64,000 bases of DNA, from the NCBI GenBank assembly GCA_019358915.1, contig JAHHIM010000001.1, positions 192,001 through 256,000 on the forward strand, read 5' to 3'. The notes under the pieces are model-generated. The model was given only the letters and a program-made list of their open reading frames with translations. It did not search any database and had not been told where the DNA came from. A program made the translations under genes and the position numbers. This document shows positions 48,682 to 59,670 of the stretch, piece after piece. Position 1 is the first letter of the stretch. Each line of letters starts with the position of its first letter. Source of the DNA: Trichormus sp. ATA11-4-KO1. Its GTDB lineage: Bacteria; Cyanobacteriota; Cyanobacteriia; Cyanobacteriales; Nostocaceae.

Positions 48682-51045
48682 ATGATTCAGACAACTGGTG
48701 TAATTATTTGTCTTGGCTACATTTTAGGATTATTGTTAGCGACAGTTCCTTGGGGTGGCCTTTGGATTCTCGTCTTGGGGATAACGGCAGCATTTCTGTT
48801 GAGAAGACGCTACACCAGAACACGACAACTTGCTCAGAAACTAGAGAATTCTGGAAGTAAAACCAAGGTAGTACCTAACATCTGGCAAACTGCTCCCCAC
48901 CCTCGAGTGTGGCTAGCGGCTGGGTTAGTAGGGTTGTTAGCAACTGTGTATTTTCAGTGGCGAGTACCGCAACCGGGAGAGAAAGACATCAGTACATTTG
49001 TTGCTGCTAGAAATCAGAGTACTCAAGAACAACTGGTGATTGTTCGTGGTGAAGTGGCGAGTAATCCCCGCTTAACTCGCAGCCAAAGAGGACAGTTTTG
49101 GTTAAATGCAACTCAACTGGATCAAGTGAAAAACGACAAAAGCCCGGCGGATGTCTCGAAAGGAGTCACAGGTAAATTGTATGTGACTGTACCTTTACTT
49201 CAGGCTACTGGGTTATATCCTGGTCAACAAATTGATGTAACTGGAGTCTTATATAAACCGAAAGCAGCAGCAAATCCTGGAGCTTTTGATTTTCAGAAAT
49301 TTCTCAAGCAACAAGGAACATTTGCTGGTTTGACGGGAAGACAGATAAGTATTCTCGATCAGTATGAAGAACGTCAGTGGGGATGGTGGCAAATTCGGGA
49401 GCGCATTGTGCGATCGCAAGTTCGTTGGCTGGGTGTTCCAGAAGGGCCGCTTGTCAGTGCAATGGTTTTGGGTAGCAAAGCGGTTGATTTACCTTACGAT
49501 ATCCGCGATTTATTTGTTAAAGCAGGATTAGCTCATACTTTGGCAGCTTCAGGCTTTCAAACTTCCTTGATTTTGGGTTTGATATTACAGTTGACAAGGC
49601 GTACCACCAAAGGAACACAATTTACTTTAGGCTGTTTGGGTTTAATTATTTTCCTGAGTTTAACAGGGTTCCAACCTTCGGTACTGCGAGCCGTAATTAT
49701 GGGTTTTGCGGTATTAGTTGGTTTGGTATTAAAGAGAAAGGTTAAACAATTTGGCTCATTGCTATTAGCAGCAACTCTATTATTGTTATTTAATCCTTTA
49801 TGGATTGGAGATTTAGGCTTTCAACTGAGTTTTTTAGCAACATTAGGATTAATTGTTACAGTACCCGCACTTGTGAAACGCTGCGATTGGTTACCACCTG
49901 CGATCGCGTCTGTAATTGCTGTCCCCCTTGCGGCCACAATTTGGACTTTACCCCTGCAACTTTTCGTATTTGGGGTTGTACCTGCTTATAGTTTGCTACT
50001 GAATATCATTAGCACACCCTTGATTTCGATGATTAGTATAGGTGCAATTACCAGCGCCATAGCAGCTTTAATTTGGCCTGCGGCTGGCAGTACTTTAGCT
50101 GGATTATTGCATTACCCTACTGATTGGCTAATTAAATTAGTCGAATTATTTAGTAATTTGCCAGGTAATTCTATTGCTGTGGGTAGTATATCTGTTGGGC
50201 AGTTACTAGCGATTTATACATTAATTATATTGGTGTGGCTGGTGCGTTGGTGGCAGAAACGGTGGTGGTTTGCTAGTTTAGTTGCCATTGGTTTGGTACT
50301 GATTCCAGTTTGGCATTCTGCAAATACATTATTTAGAATTACAGTCTTAGCAGCAGGTACAGAACCAGTTGTAGTTATTCAAGACCGAGGTACAGTGACC
50401 TTAATTAATAGTGGAGATGAAGGTACAGGACGCTTCACTATTTTACCGTTTTTACAACAGCAAGGTGTGAATCAAATAGATTGGGCGATCGCGAGTAATT
50501 TTCCAGATAATGATAGTAGTGCTTGGTTGGAAGTTCTCCAAAGTCTACCGATCAAAAATTTTTATGAATATTCTGCAAATCAAAATATTACTATTGCTAC
50601 TCAGGCAATACAACAGGAAATCCAAAGACAAAAAGGCATTTACCAACCTTTAACACCTGGTCAAACAGTGAATATTAGTTCAGTAGTTGCCCAGTTAATT
50701 AATGAGCAACTGCCGATTTTACAATTGCAAATTCAAGGACAAAATTGGCTACTTATAGGTAATGTCAAGTCCAGAGAAGTGGAACAGCTAGTGAAGACAG
50801 GAAGCTTGCTCCGCCCTCAAGTACTGTGGTGTAGCCCTCAGTCTTTGAAAGATTTAGTACAGATACTGCAACCACAGGTGGCGATCGCCTCTTCTGGCAA
50901 TCTTGACCCAAAAACTTTATCTGAACTGAGTAAAAACCAGACGAAACTATTTTCGACAAGAGAAGATGGCGCTATCCAATGGACACCTGAAGGTCAATTT
51001 GAGGCATTTGTTCAGGCAATAGAAAATAAATCTTCTGTGTTTTAA
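48682..51045 (+). CDS. comEC: ComEC/Rec2 DNA uptake channel
   Basis: NPGAFDF, GLAH.LAASG, SVLRAVIMG and GFQLSFLAT motifs. Confidence 0.92.
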   Translation: MIQTTGVIICLGYILGLLLATVPWGGLWILVLGITAAFLLRRRYTRTRQLAQKLENSGSKTKVVPNIWQTAPHPRVWLAAGLVGLLATVYFQWRVPQPGEKDISTFVAARNQSTQEQLVIVRGEVASNPRLTRSQRGQFWLNATQLDQVKNDKSPADVSKGVTGKLYVTVPLLQATGLYPGQQIDVTGVLYKPKAAANPGAFDFQKFLKQQGTFAGLTGRQISILDQYEERQWGWWQIRERIVRSQVRWLGVPEGPLVSAMVLGSKAVDLPYDIRDLFVKAGLAHTLAASGFQTSLILGLILQLTRRTTKGTQFTLGCLGLIIFLSLTGFQPSVLRAVIMGFAVLVGLVLKRKVKQFGSLLLAATLLLLFNPLWIGDLGFQLSFLATLGLIVTVPALVKRCDWLPPAIASVIAVPLAATIWTLPLQLFVFGVVPAYSLLLNIISTPLISMISIGAITSAIAALIWPAAGSTLAGLLHYPTDWLIKLVELFSNLPGNSIAVGSISVGQLLAIYTLIILVWLVRWWQKRWWFASLVAIGLVLIPVWHSANTLFRITVLAAGTEPVVVIQDRGTVTLINSGDEGTGRFTILPFLQQQGVNQIDWAIASNFPDNDSSAWLEVLQSLPIKNFYEYSANQNITIATQAIQQEIQRQKGIYQPLTPGQTVNISSVVAQLINEQLPILQLQIQGQNWLLIGNVKSREVEQLVKTGSLLRPQVLWCSPQSLKDLVQILQPQVAIASSGNLDPKTLSELSKNQTKLFSTREDGAIQWTPEGQFEAFVQAIENKSSVF

Positions 51046-51047
51046 TC

Positions 51048-52364
51048 TCAACCGTTGATGCCTTTAAACATTGCTTGCGCCCTCTGAAACGCTTCTTTCA
51101 TCACTGCCTGAATTTTCTGAGGATCAGGTTTCTTACCTCCCATCAAGTCACCAAAATAAACACAAGCACCTTCCCCCAATGCCCAAGTGTAGGCAGCTGC
51201 CCAAGATGCAGCAATTACACTGCCGAAACCCGGTACAAATTTGATTAACTCGCGGGCGATCGCCTGAGCTAAAAAACCCCCAGCGATCGTACTAACAATA
51301 CCTCCTGCTTGAGATGGAGTCAGCGTCTGCCCATACAATTTTCCTAGCAGACTGACCATCGATACTTGCAAGGAAGTGAGAACAGGCATCGTCGCCAATG
51401 GCAGAGGTACAGCTGCGAGGGCTGCCGCCATAATCGCAAATGGCAAAATATAACGGCGTCCAGCATCTCGGTAAATATTACCAAGTTGCTGACCAGCTAC
51501 ATCATCTAATAATTGATAAATTGCCCGGGATTCGGCTTCTGGTAGTAGGTCTGCTAAAGTATCTCTTAATGCTTCCAAGCCATAAAATACAGGATTGTAG
51601 CCATCTTCCTCCAACGTGAAGTCGATGAGAATGGAGCGATCAAAAAGTCCTGCAAAAGCTTGCTCAATTGCCGCGAAGGCTCGGTTAATTTCCTCATAAT
51701 CTGGCGGATATTCAGGATGATCGGCGGTACTAGGAGGATAAATTTCATGTAAGCAGGTAACCGCCAGCAAGCAGGGAATGTCTGGATACTGCTGACGTAG
51801 TTGCTGAGTAATTTGTCGCAGTGTATCAGTTGCGAAGTCATTGATTTTGACTGTCAGAATCAAGACTCTGGCGCGGCGGTGCGACTGTTGTAGATCCCCA
51901 ATTAGCTCGTTAATCACTATTTGAGTATCTTGATTTACATCTCCCAGCCCTACTGTATCCGTGAAAATAAGCAACGGCAGATCATGAGAAGGATAAGCAT
52001 AACGCTCGGTATATTGTGTATGTGGACGAAATCCCTGACCAATAATCTCAGCAGAAACTCCCGTCAGTCCTCGGACAATTGAACTTTTACCAGCTTGGGG
52101 TTTACCAATAAGCAAGGCTTCTGTGGTTGGCAGTTCTGCTCGAACTGTTGCCAAAATCTCTGCAACCTCATCTTCGCTGACGCTAAACCACTGGATAATG
52201 GTCTGTGTCACTTGCTCTACGGGTACGAGCTTCACCAGACCTGTTGTAGCTTGATTCCAGATGCCAGCAATCCGATTTGACCAAGCACTATCACTCGACT
52301 TAGTTTTTACACTATCAGTCGGTTCCTTAAATTGCTGAGTGTCAGTATTACGTTGCTCAGTCAT
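51048..52364 (-). CDS. GTPase with YcjF/DUF697 domain
   Basis: GKPQAGKSS and DTVG; hydrophobic C-terminus KFVPGFGSVIAASWAAAYTWALG. Confidence 0.85.
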   Translation of the reverse strand: MTEQRNTDTQQFKEPTDSVKTKSSDSAWSNRIAGIWNQATTGLVKLVPVEQVTQTIIQWFSVSEDEVAEILATVRAELPTTEALLIGKPQAGKSSIVRGLTGVSAEIIGQGFRPHTQYTERYAYPSHDLPLLIFTDTVGLGDVNQDTQIVINELIGDLQQSHRRARVLILTVKINDFATDTLRQITQQLRQQYPDIPCLLAVTCLHEIYPPSTADHPEYPPDYEEINRAFAAIEQAFAGLFDRSILIDFTLEEDGYNPVFYGLEALRDTLADLLPEAESRAIYQLLDDVAGQQLGNIYRDAGRRYILPFAIMAAALAAVPLPLATMPVLTSLQVSMVSLLGKLYGQTLTPSQAGGIVSTIAGGFLAQAIARELIKFVPGFGSVIAASWAAAYTWALGEGACVYFGDLMGGKKPDPQKIQAVMKEAFQRAQAMFKGING

Positions 52365-52563
52365 TTTGACAACAACCAATAATTGTCTATTTTAACAAGC
52401 AATAGTTGACAAAAAGACACTGGGGCGTGCTGAGTTAGCGCCATCCTACGCCAGGGTTAATCACAGAAATTTCGAGAATGGCAAAAAGAATGGAGAGATC
52501 GCTTGCTGTATTCTTCACAGTTTGTTACAAAAGTATAAAGAACTTCTAGAGACCCAAAACTAC

Positions 52564-53358
52564 ATGTTCGGCGGACTTACTGGTTTAACAGATCCTAAAG
52601 GCACAGACTGGGGAGAGCGGATGCTTAACACAGTCGCCAGCCAAACGATTCGCCACTTGTTTACCCAAAGCGAGTCAGTAGAAGTCTTTGTACGCTGCTA
52701 TCCCTCCAGCAAACTGTTGCAAGGCAGCATAGATAGCTTCAAAATGAGCGGTCGTGGCTTGGTGATTCGCAAAGATTTCTGGGTAGAGCAAATGTCCTTT
52801 GAAACTAATGCCGTTGCCATTGACTTCGGCGCGGTTCTCAGTGGCAAGTTGAATCTCAAGCAACCCACCCAAGCGATCGCTCAAGTAATCTTATCAGAAG
52901 CAGGAATTAATCAAGCCTTCCAGTCCAAACTGGTAACACAGCATCTGGTTAACCTTTCTGTACCTGCCTTGACGGCACTATCTGGCGGTAAGCCAGTCTC
53001 TTTTACTGATATTCAAGTAGAACTATTAGCAGAAAATCGTTTGCGGATCTTGGCCAAGGCAGATTTAGATAATGGCGAACTCGTACCACTGAGCATGATC
53101 ATGACTGTAGCCGTTGAACGGCGGCGGCGGATTTCTTTTAAAGATCCCAAAATTGAGCTTGACTTAGTACCAGAAAATCAACGGGAAATATCTCAAGCAT
53201 TGAGTTTAGCACTGGCGGAAATTTTAGATAATATGGTTGATTTGGATCGCTTTGACCTTGATGGTGTGAAAATGCGGCTGAATCGTTTAGAAACTGAAGG
53301 AAAAACATTGATTTTCAGTGGATATGCGGAAATTGAACGTATTCCTCGCAAACCTTAA
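52564..53358 (+). CDS. DUF2993/LmeA-family protein
   Basis: SSKLLQGSIDSFKMSGRGL and A.V.LSE.GIN.AF patterns. Confidence 0.8.
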   Translation: MFGGLTGLTDPKGTDWGERMLNTVASQTIRHLFTQSESVEVFVRCYPSSKLLQGSIDSFKMSGRGLVIRKDFWVEQMSFETNAVAIDFGAVLSGKLNLKQPTQAIAQVILSEAGINQAFQSKLVTQHLVNLSVPALTALSGGKPVSFTDIQVELLAENRLRILAKADLDNGELVPLSMIMTVAVERRRRISFKDPKIELDLVPENQREISQALSLALAEILDNMVDLDRFDLDGVKMRLNRLETEGKTLIFSGYAEIERIPRKP

Positions 53359-53386
53359 ACTGGTAGTACCAAAAACCTTCAAATGA

Positions 53387-53416
53387 AATACCGCCGAGAA
53401 ATTTCTCGGCGGTATT
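53387..53416. terminator. Perfect 30-bp palindrome between convergent genes
   Basis: AATACCGCCGAGAAATTTCTCGGCGGTATT. Confidence 0.7.
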
Positions 53417-53486
53417 ATGACTCGGTGTGGAAATTAAAAAGTACTCTACTAATTTTTTACTTTTTAATTCTCTATTTTTAATTTTC

Positions 53487-54878
53487 CTATCGTCCAACAC
53501 CTACATATTGGAAACCAGCCCTCACCATACTTTCAGGGTCGAGGAAGTTGCGACCATCGATGATCACGGGGTGGAGCATCAACTTTGCCATCTTGGCATA
53601 ATCCAAGTTGCTGAACTGCTCCCATTCAGTTACCAATACTAACGCGTCACAGCCATCGGCCAGCCTCTCAGCATCAGTTTCTACTAACACACCAGAAAGA
53701 CCATGACGCAGACCTGTCTGAGAAACAATGGGGTCGTAGGCTTTAACTTTGGCTCCCAGGCGGTTCAGCTGCTCAATCAGGTTGAGTGCTGGAGCATCAC
53801 GCATATCATCAGTATCGGGCTTGAAGGTCAAACCCAGTAGTCCCACCGTTTTGCCTTTGAGAATTTTCAGGGCTTGTTGGAGTTTTTCTAAAGCAATCAA
53901 GCGCTGGCGTTCATTAACAGTCACAGCTGCTTTCATGAGCTGGGCTTCGTAGCCATAATCATCAGCAGTGTGAATCAGTGCAGCGACATCTTTGGGGAAG
54001 CAGGAACCACCCCAACCAATACCAGCGTTTAAGAACTTGTTACCAATGCGGGAGTCTAGACCGATACCCTTAGCTACTTGAGTAACATCAGCACCGACGC
54101 GATCGCAAATGTTAGCAACTTCGTTAATAAAACTAATCTTGGTTGCCAAGAAAGCGTTAGCTGCGTATTTGATCATTTCTGCGGAACTGAGGTCTGTTGC
54201 CAGTATTGGCACTGGAGGTAAAGTTTGATCGGCAGCGTACTGGCGCTCCACAATTGGGGCATACAGTTCTTGCATTAAGGCGATCGCTTTTTGACTATTG
54301 CCGCCCAAGACGATGCGATCGGGGTTAAAGGTGTCGTATACAGCCGAACCTTCGCGCAAGAATTCTGGATTGCTGACAACATCAAACTGGGCGACAACCT
54401 CAGGCAATTTTTCTTCAATCGACGCTCCACCTGCGGGTACGAGTGTTTTCTGACGCTCAGCAATCCCATCCAAAACAATCATCCGTACCCAGTCACCGGA
54501 ACCAATGGGGACTGTAGATTTATTGACAATCACTTTGTAACCGCCGTTGAGATTTGCCCCGATACCACGAGCTACGGCTTCGACATAGCGGGTGTCACTT
54601 TCTCCTGTGGGCAAAGGTGGTGTTCCCACAGCAATAAACAGAATTTCCCCGTGAGCAACCCCAGCAGCGAGATCAGTAGTGAACTGAATTTTTCCTACTT
54701 GAATGGCAGACTGCATAATCTCTGAGAGTCCCGGCTCAAAAATAGGGGACTGCCCAGATTTCATTAACTTAACTTTTTCTTCGTTGTTATCTACGCAAAT
54801 TACATCATGCCCAATGTGAGCCAAGCAAGCGCCTGTAACCAAACCAACGTAACCAGTACCAATTACGCAAACACGCAT
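53487..54878 (-). CDS. ugd: UDP-glucose 6-dehydrogenase
   Basis: GTGYVG, NPEFLREG, GGSCFPKD and FKPDTDDMR motifs. Confidence 0.96.
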   Translation of the reverse strand: MRVCVIGTGYVGLVTGACLAHIGHDVICVDNNEEKVKLMKSGQSPIFEPGLSEIMQSAIQVGKIQFTTDLAAGVAHGEILFIAVGTPPLPTGESDTRYVEAVARGIGANLNGGYKVIVNKSTVPIGSGDWVRMIVLDGIAERQKTLVPAGGASIEEKLPEVVAQFDVVSNPEFLREGSAVYDTFNPDRIVLGGNSQKAIALMQELYAPIVERQYAADQTLPPVPILATDLSSAEMIKYAANAFLATKISFINEVANICDRVGADVTQVAKGIGLDSRIGNKFLNAGIGWGGSCFPKDVAALIHTADDYGYEAQLMKAAVTVNERQRLIALEKLQQALKILKGKTVGLLGLTFKPDTDDMRDAPALNLIEQLNRLGAKVKAYDPIVSQTGLRHGLSGVLVETDAERLADGCDALVLVTEWEQFSNLDYAKMAKLMLHPVIIDGRNFLDPESMVRAGFQYVGVGR

Positions 54879-55042
54879 TTAGTTTAACTCCTCGCTTTTT
54901 TGGGGTTAGTCTTCATAAAGAAGTTGTCAATTATGTCACTTAAAGATTACTGGTAAAACCAGCAACTAGAGTACAGACTACTAATGAGGTAAGCCTGCAC
55001 TAGGTTCAGAGCGGCATTTAGCGCTACTCCAGAACCTAAAAT

Positions 55043-56005
55043 TTAAGTATCGCTTTGAACGCCATTGCCTGCGGCAGTGCGGAAAACGCGATCGCGGAAA
55101 TCTTCTACTGTTAGTTTTAACCCCTCTTGTAGCGGAACGGTAGGTTCCCAATTTAACAAGGTTTTTGCTTTGGTGATATCAGGTTGGCGACGACGGGGAT
55201 CATCAGATGGTAGTGGTTCAAATTTAATCTGTGCGTCTGGGTTCACCATGTTTTGCACAGCTTTTGCCAATTCTAAAATCGTATATTCACCAGGATTGCC
55301 TAAATTCACTGGGCCAACATAGTCGCCATTCATCAAGCGGATAAAACCTTCTACCAAATCAGAAACGTAACAGAAGCTTCGCGTTTGTGAACCATCACCG
55401 TACACAGTTAAAGGATTACCCTGCAAGGCTTGAACTATAAAGTTGCTCACCACCCGGCCATCGTTTTCTAACATCCTGGGGCCATAAGTGTTGAAAATCC
55501 GAGCAACACGAATATCGACTTTATTTTGTCTGTAGTAATCAAATGACAAAGTTTCCGCAATTCTTTTACCTTCGTCGTAGCATGACCGGATGCCAATGGG
55601 ATTAACGCTACCCCTATACTCTTCGGTTTGGGGATGAACTTCTGGATCTCCGTAGACTTCACTAGTTGAGGCCAAAAAAAACCTAGCTTTGACACGTTTG
55701 GCTAACCCCAACATATTCAGTGTCCCCATGACGTTAGTTTTCACGGTTTTCACTGGATTGTACTGGTAATGTACTGGAGAAGCTGGACAAGCTAGATGAT
55801 AAATTTGATCCACTTCTAACCGAATTGGCTCTGTGATGTCGTGGCGAATCAGTTCAAAGTAGGGATGATTCATCCATTTGAGGATATTGCGTTTGTCACC
55901 TGTGTAAAAGTTATCTAAGCAAATTACCTCATGCCCTGCGGGTAGTAGTCGGTCAATAAGATGGGAACCAATAAACCCAGCACCGCCCGTCACCAAAATT
56001 CTCAT
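55043..56005 (-). CDS. UDP-glucuronic acid decarboxylase (UDP-xylose synthase)
   Basis: [28 protein letters not shown] and RIFNTYGP motifs. Confidence 0.93.
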   Translation of the reverse strand: MRILVTGGAGFIGSHLIDRLLPAGHEVICLDNFYTGDKRNILKWMNHPYFELIRHDITEPIRLEVDQIYHLACPASPVHYQYNPVKTVKTNVMGTLNMLGLAKRVKARFFLASTSEVYGDPEVHPQTEEYRGSVNPIGIRSCYDEGKRIAETLSFDYYRQNKVDIRVARIFNTYGPRMLENDGRVVSNFIVQALQGNPLTVYGDGSQTRSFCYVSDLVEGFIRLMNGDYVGPVNLGNPGEYTILELAKAVQNMVNPDAQIKFEPLPSDDPRRRQPDITKAKTLLNWEPTVPLQEGLKLTVEDFRDRVFRTAAGNGVQSDT

Positions 56006-56341
56006 AGTTTCCCAGTTAATTTATAGATATTGCTAGTTGCTCTTTAACATATTGTTAGATTACCCAGCCTAAATACAAAAATACAGGACGAACAGAGCTA
56101 ACTGAGAATGCATTTTGGAATTCAAAGTTGGCATCTTAGCAGAAATTTCCTTACATATACGATTTGTGAATTTTAAATTAAATTTTTAACAATTCATCTA
56201 GCAAAATACCAAACATCCCCTGATGATTGTCTTGCTTTAACCTAGAATTCATCAAATCTTTAACAATATAAAGTTTTTTTACAGTGAACTTCAAAGCCGT
56301 TATGAGTTAAAAAACCAAGGATTATGATAAAGTCTTGGCGA

Positions 56342-58477
56342 TTACATCGCAGTTGTCGGGCTGGAAATTTCTGTGAGTAAAATTCCTGTTTGGGGGCGTT
56401 GTGGTTCTCCCAGCATGACAATAGAGCAAGTAAGTTGTCCGGCTAACTGAGTTGTCACATCACTAATAGCTAAACCACCAGGACTAGTACGGTTACGGAT
56501 AAATGGTAATACTACTAAATCGTATAAACGCGCTGCTTGCAAAATTGCTTGGGCAACATTTTCATGAGCGATGATTTGAATTTCTGGGGGATTGGACACA
56601 GCTAATTGAGACATCATTTGGGTGAGGTGTGATCGCCTGGCAGCGATTTTACTGGAACTGGTGCGGCGATCGCACACATTTAGCACAGTCACTTGGGCTT
56701 GATTGGCCTCTGCCAGCATTTGGGCAAATTGTACAGGTTGCAATGTTGATGCGGTTAAATTTTCCCATGGGACTAAGATGCGTTGAATTTTTTTCGGTGA
56801 GTCCATCAGACGTGTCACCGCCACTGGACAGTGGGATGCCCAAAGTACGTTATCAATCACATTGCCAAACAAACGCGCTCTCAATCCAGTGCGTTTACCC
56901 CAACCCATGACAATTAAACTCGCCTTTTGTTCGCGCGCCGCCCTGCTAATTCCCGGCGCAAAGGCATCATCAATTCGCAGCAATGGTTCTGCTTCTACTC
57001 CCAAAACTCGACTTTGTGCTGTAGCTTTTGCTAGTAACCGCTCACTACGTCGCAGAGAAGCCTCTAACTGTGGTGCATCCATGTGAGCCGCAGCAGTAGC
57101 GATCGCTAATGGCACAATTGTGCCATGTGCTTGATGTGCTAATAGTGCCGCCATTTCAATCAAATACTGCTGAGTTTGAGGATTGTAGACAGGTACGACT
57201 ATGGTTAAAGGATTATGCTTTTGTGCTGTTTTTTGGTCAGTTAAAGTTGGGGAATTTGTTTCTGTAACTGCTGTAGAAGTTAACGTAATGGCTACCCGAC
57301 TGGTGAGCAGTGGTGCTAAAGTTGAGGTCACGAGCATTAGAATAACGACACTATTTAACACCTCTAGTGATAGCAATTCAGCCCGATATCCTACTAAAGT
57401 TGCTGCTAAAGTAGTACCCATTTGCGGCATTGATAACGACCACATGGTCAGCATTTCCTGCCAGTTGTAGCAGTAAACAAATTTTGTTAACAAAGCAGCG
57501 ATGAATTTGCTGGCAATTAAACCAACTACAATCAACAGCGATAACTTAAGGGTGTAAATACTGGTAAAAAAACCAGGCAGATCAATCAGCAAGCCAAAAT
57601 AAACAAAGAAAATGGGAATAAATAGGACACTGCCAACAAATACGACCTTTTCTTTGACTGGCCCTTCACCAACCGCTTCATTGACTGCTAAACCTGCTAA
57701 AAAAGCGCCGACAATTTTTTCTACTCCCATGAATTGAGCGCCCACAACCGAAAGAAACACGGTAAGCAACACAAACAAAAATTTATTGCCTTCGTCGTCT
57801 CCTGAGCGGCGAAAAAATTCTTTACCTGCCCAATCAAAACCTACCAAAATCATCATGGAGTAAATACTCAACCAACTCAATAAAGTGAGTAGTTGAGGCA
57901 AGCTAAAAGCTCCCGCATAACTAGTGGCTACACAAACGGCTAATACCAGAAGTGCGCCGAGATTGGTAAAGATTGTCGCTCCCATAGTGGCGATCACAGC
58001 TTCATTATTGACCACTCCCAGACGACTGATAATGGGATATGCCAAAAGAGTGTAGGAAGCTAACAAAGAGCCAATTAAAATCGAAGTATTCCATTCCCAG
58101 CCCAAAATTCGCCCTAATAAAGTTCCCATCACCAGAGGAACTATAAAAGTAAAGCTGCCAAATCCTAAGGAGCGTTTTCTCCGGCGACGGAAGTCCTTGA
58201 TTTCTACTTCTAATCCTGCTACAAACATCAAGTAAATCAAACCAATGTCCGCTAGCAGGCTAATTATCGGCGATTCTGGATGGAATAGATTCCAGCCTGA
58301 TGGCCCCAGTACGACCCCAGAGAATACCAAACCCACTAATCCTGGTAGTCTCAGCCGCTCAAAGAGAATGGGTACTACTAAAATGACCACCAGCAACACA
58401 GCAAAGGTCACAATTGGTTCTTTGCCGAGAACTTGGGAAGTTGGTTCCAGAGCAAGAACTTGTGATGTTAGTTCCAT
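56342..58477 (-). CDS. Cation:proton antiporter with C-terminal USP-like domains
   Basis: Multi-TM CPA domain (LMFVAGLE, GAFLAG, FIPIFFV) plus USP-like region. Confidence 0.88.
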   Translation of the reverse strand: MELTSQVLALEPTSQVLGKEPIVTFAVLLVVILVVPILFERLRLPGLVGLVFSGVVLGPSGWNLFHPESPIISLLADIGLIYLMFVAGLEVEIKDFRRRRKRSLGFGSFTFIVPLVMGTLLGRILGWEWNTSILIGSLLASYTLLAYPIISRLGVVNNEAVIATMGATIFTNLGALLVLAVCVATSYAGAFSLPQLLTLLSWLSIYSMMILVGFDWAGKEFFRRSGDDEGNKFLFVLLTVFLSVVGAQFMGVEKIVGAFLAGLAVNEAVGEGPVKEKVVFVGSVLFIPIFFVYFGLLIDLPGFFTSIYTLKLSLLIVVGLIASKFIAALLTKFVYCYNWQEMLTMWSLSMPQMGTTLAATLVGYRAELLSLEVLNSVVILMLVTSTLAPLLTSRVAITLTSTAVTETNSPTLTDQKTAQKHNPLTIVVPVYNPQTQQYLIEMAALLAHQAHGTIVPLAIATAAAHMDAPQLEASLRRSERLLAKATAQSRVLGVEAEPLLRIDDAFAPGISRAAREQKASLIVMGWGKRTGLRARLFGNVIDNVLWASHCPVAVTRLMDSPKKIQRILVPWENLTASTLQPVQFAQMLAEANQAQVTVLNVCDRRTSSSKIAARRSHLTQMMSQLAVSNPPEIQIIAHENVAQAILQAARLYDLVVLPFIRNRTSPGGLAISDVTTQLAGQLTCSIVMLGEPQRPQTGILLTEISSPTTAM

Positions 58478-58624
58478 AGGTTGGACTTTAAAGGGCAACA
58501 GTGCAGCTGCGATCGCCTGGAGTGCAATCGCCCAAACAATGAATAATCAATGTAAAAGCTACCCTGACGAAATATAAAAAATCTTAATCTACACTACCTA
58601 GGTAATTGTTGAGGAACTAACTAC

Positions 58625-59281
58625 CTAAGGATGGATTTGACTCAAAATGAACCGCAAGCGATCGTAGTCGTCTTTTAACAACACGCTGAGAGTTCGCCCA
58701 GCTTTAATTAACCATTCTCGGTCGGCTTTGCGTAATTGGTATACCTCGCGGATGGCGGCTGCGGCTAATGACTCTACTGGCGCACTGTTAACAGACAGTA
58801 ATGTCCGCAAAAAATCTAGTTCCTCAGAGAATTTAATGATTGCTTCTGGCTCACATCGATAAACAGCTTGATGAATTTGCGGAGGACGCGGTGGTAGATA
58901 CTGATATACCCCTCGGTTATAACCTAGAGTAGGGGATGGTTGCTCAAATCCGACGATCGCCGCCCGAAATTCAGTTTTGAGCATGGCGAATATCTGGGGT
59001 TGTTCCTCACGTAAATCTGGCAATGACAACCCCAGCGCCACAGCCCGATGCACAGAATCTATGGGCATAGTTGTAGCATGATATACCACAGCATAAATCT
59101 GATTACCTGATTCTTCATCCACAGAACAGACCCAACTCCCAAAAGGTGGCATGGGAGGAAAACTCAAATCTTCCGGTTCCAAACACTGTGCCAGAAATTC
59201 AGTAGAAGTAGTCTCTATCACCTCGGCAATATGATTGGGGTGGCGATCGCCAGTAGCAAACTGTGGTAAAGGAAGACGCAT
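58625..59281 (-). CDS. HAS-barrel domain protein
   Basis: IAEVIETTSTEF, PPFGSWV and YLPPRPPQIH patterns. Confidence 0.7.
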   Translation of the reverse strand: MRLPLPQFATGDRHPNHIAEVIETTSTEFLAQCLEPEDLSFPPMPPFGSWVCSVDEESGNQIYAVVYHATTMPIDSVHRAVALGLSLPDLREEQPQIFAMLKTEFRAAIVGFEQPSPTLGYNRGVYQYLPPRPPQIHQAVYRCEPEAIIKFSEELDFLRTLLSVNSAPVESLAAAAIREVYQLRKADREWLIKAGRTLSVLLKDDYDRLRFILSQIHP

Positions 59282-59348
59282 GAGAGTGCTGAGTGCTGAG
59301 TGCTGAGTGCTGAGTTAGGAATTATCCTAACTCTTAACTAAATAAAAT

Positions 59349-59546
59349 CTATTTCCCTTTTTTACGTCCTGCTGTGAGTTCTACAAGTTCCAATTCTGAT
59401 GGTAGAAAGGTAATCAATTTATCCCAGTTACCACCTTCAAATAGCACAGCTACCTTACCATCACTCACCCGTTGCACAAGTCCTTCATAGAGATAATAGA
59501 TATCGGCGGGATTTTTGACGCGAACAGTTGCTCCAGGCAGAATCAT
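59349..59546 (-). CDS. ndhS: NDH-1 subunit S
   Basis: [36 protein letters not shown]. Confidence 0.92.
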   Translation of the reverse strand: MILPGATVRVKNPADIYYLYEGLVQRVSDGKVAVLFEGGNWDKLITFLPSELELVELTAGRKKGK

Positions 59547-59670
59547 GATGTTTACCCTCGCTTGTTGACTGCTAATAGCTTATAAAGGGGAACAGGTAAG
59601 GGGCAACAGGCAAGAGAGTAATGCTGATCATAAATTCCTCTCTATTCCCTGTTCTCTGTTCCCTATTCCC

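Noticed and set aside
58625..59281. HAS-barrel gene as part of a HerA/NurA defence system
   Set aside because: No HerA ATPase or nuclease is adjacent; it lies in housekeeping context beside ndhS.
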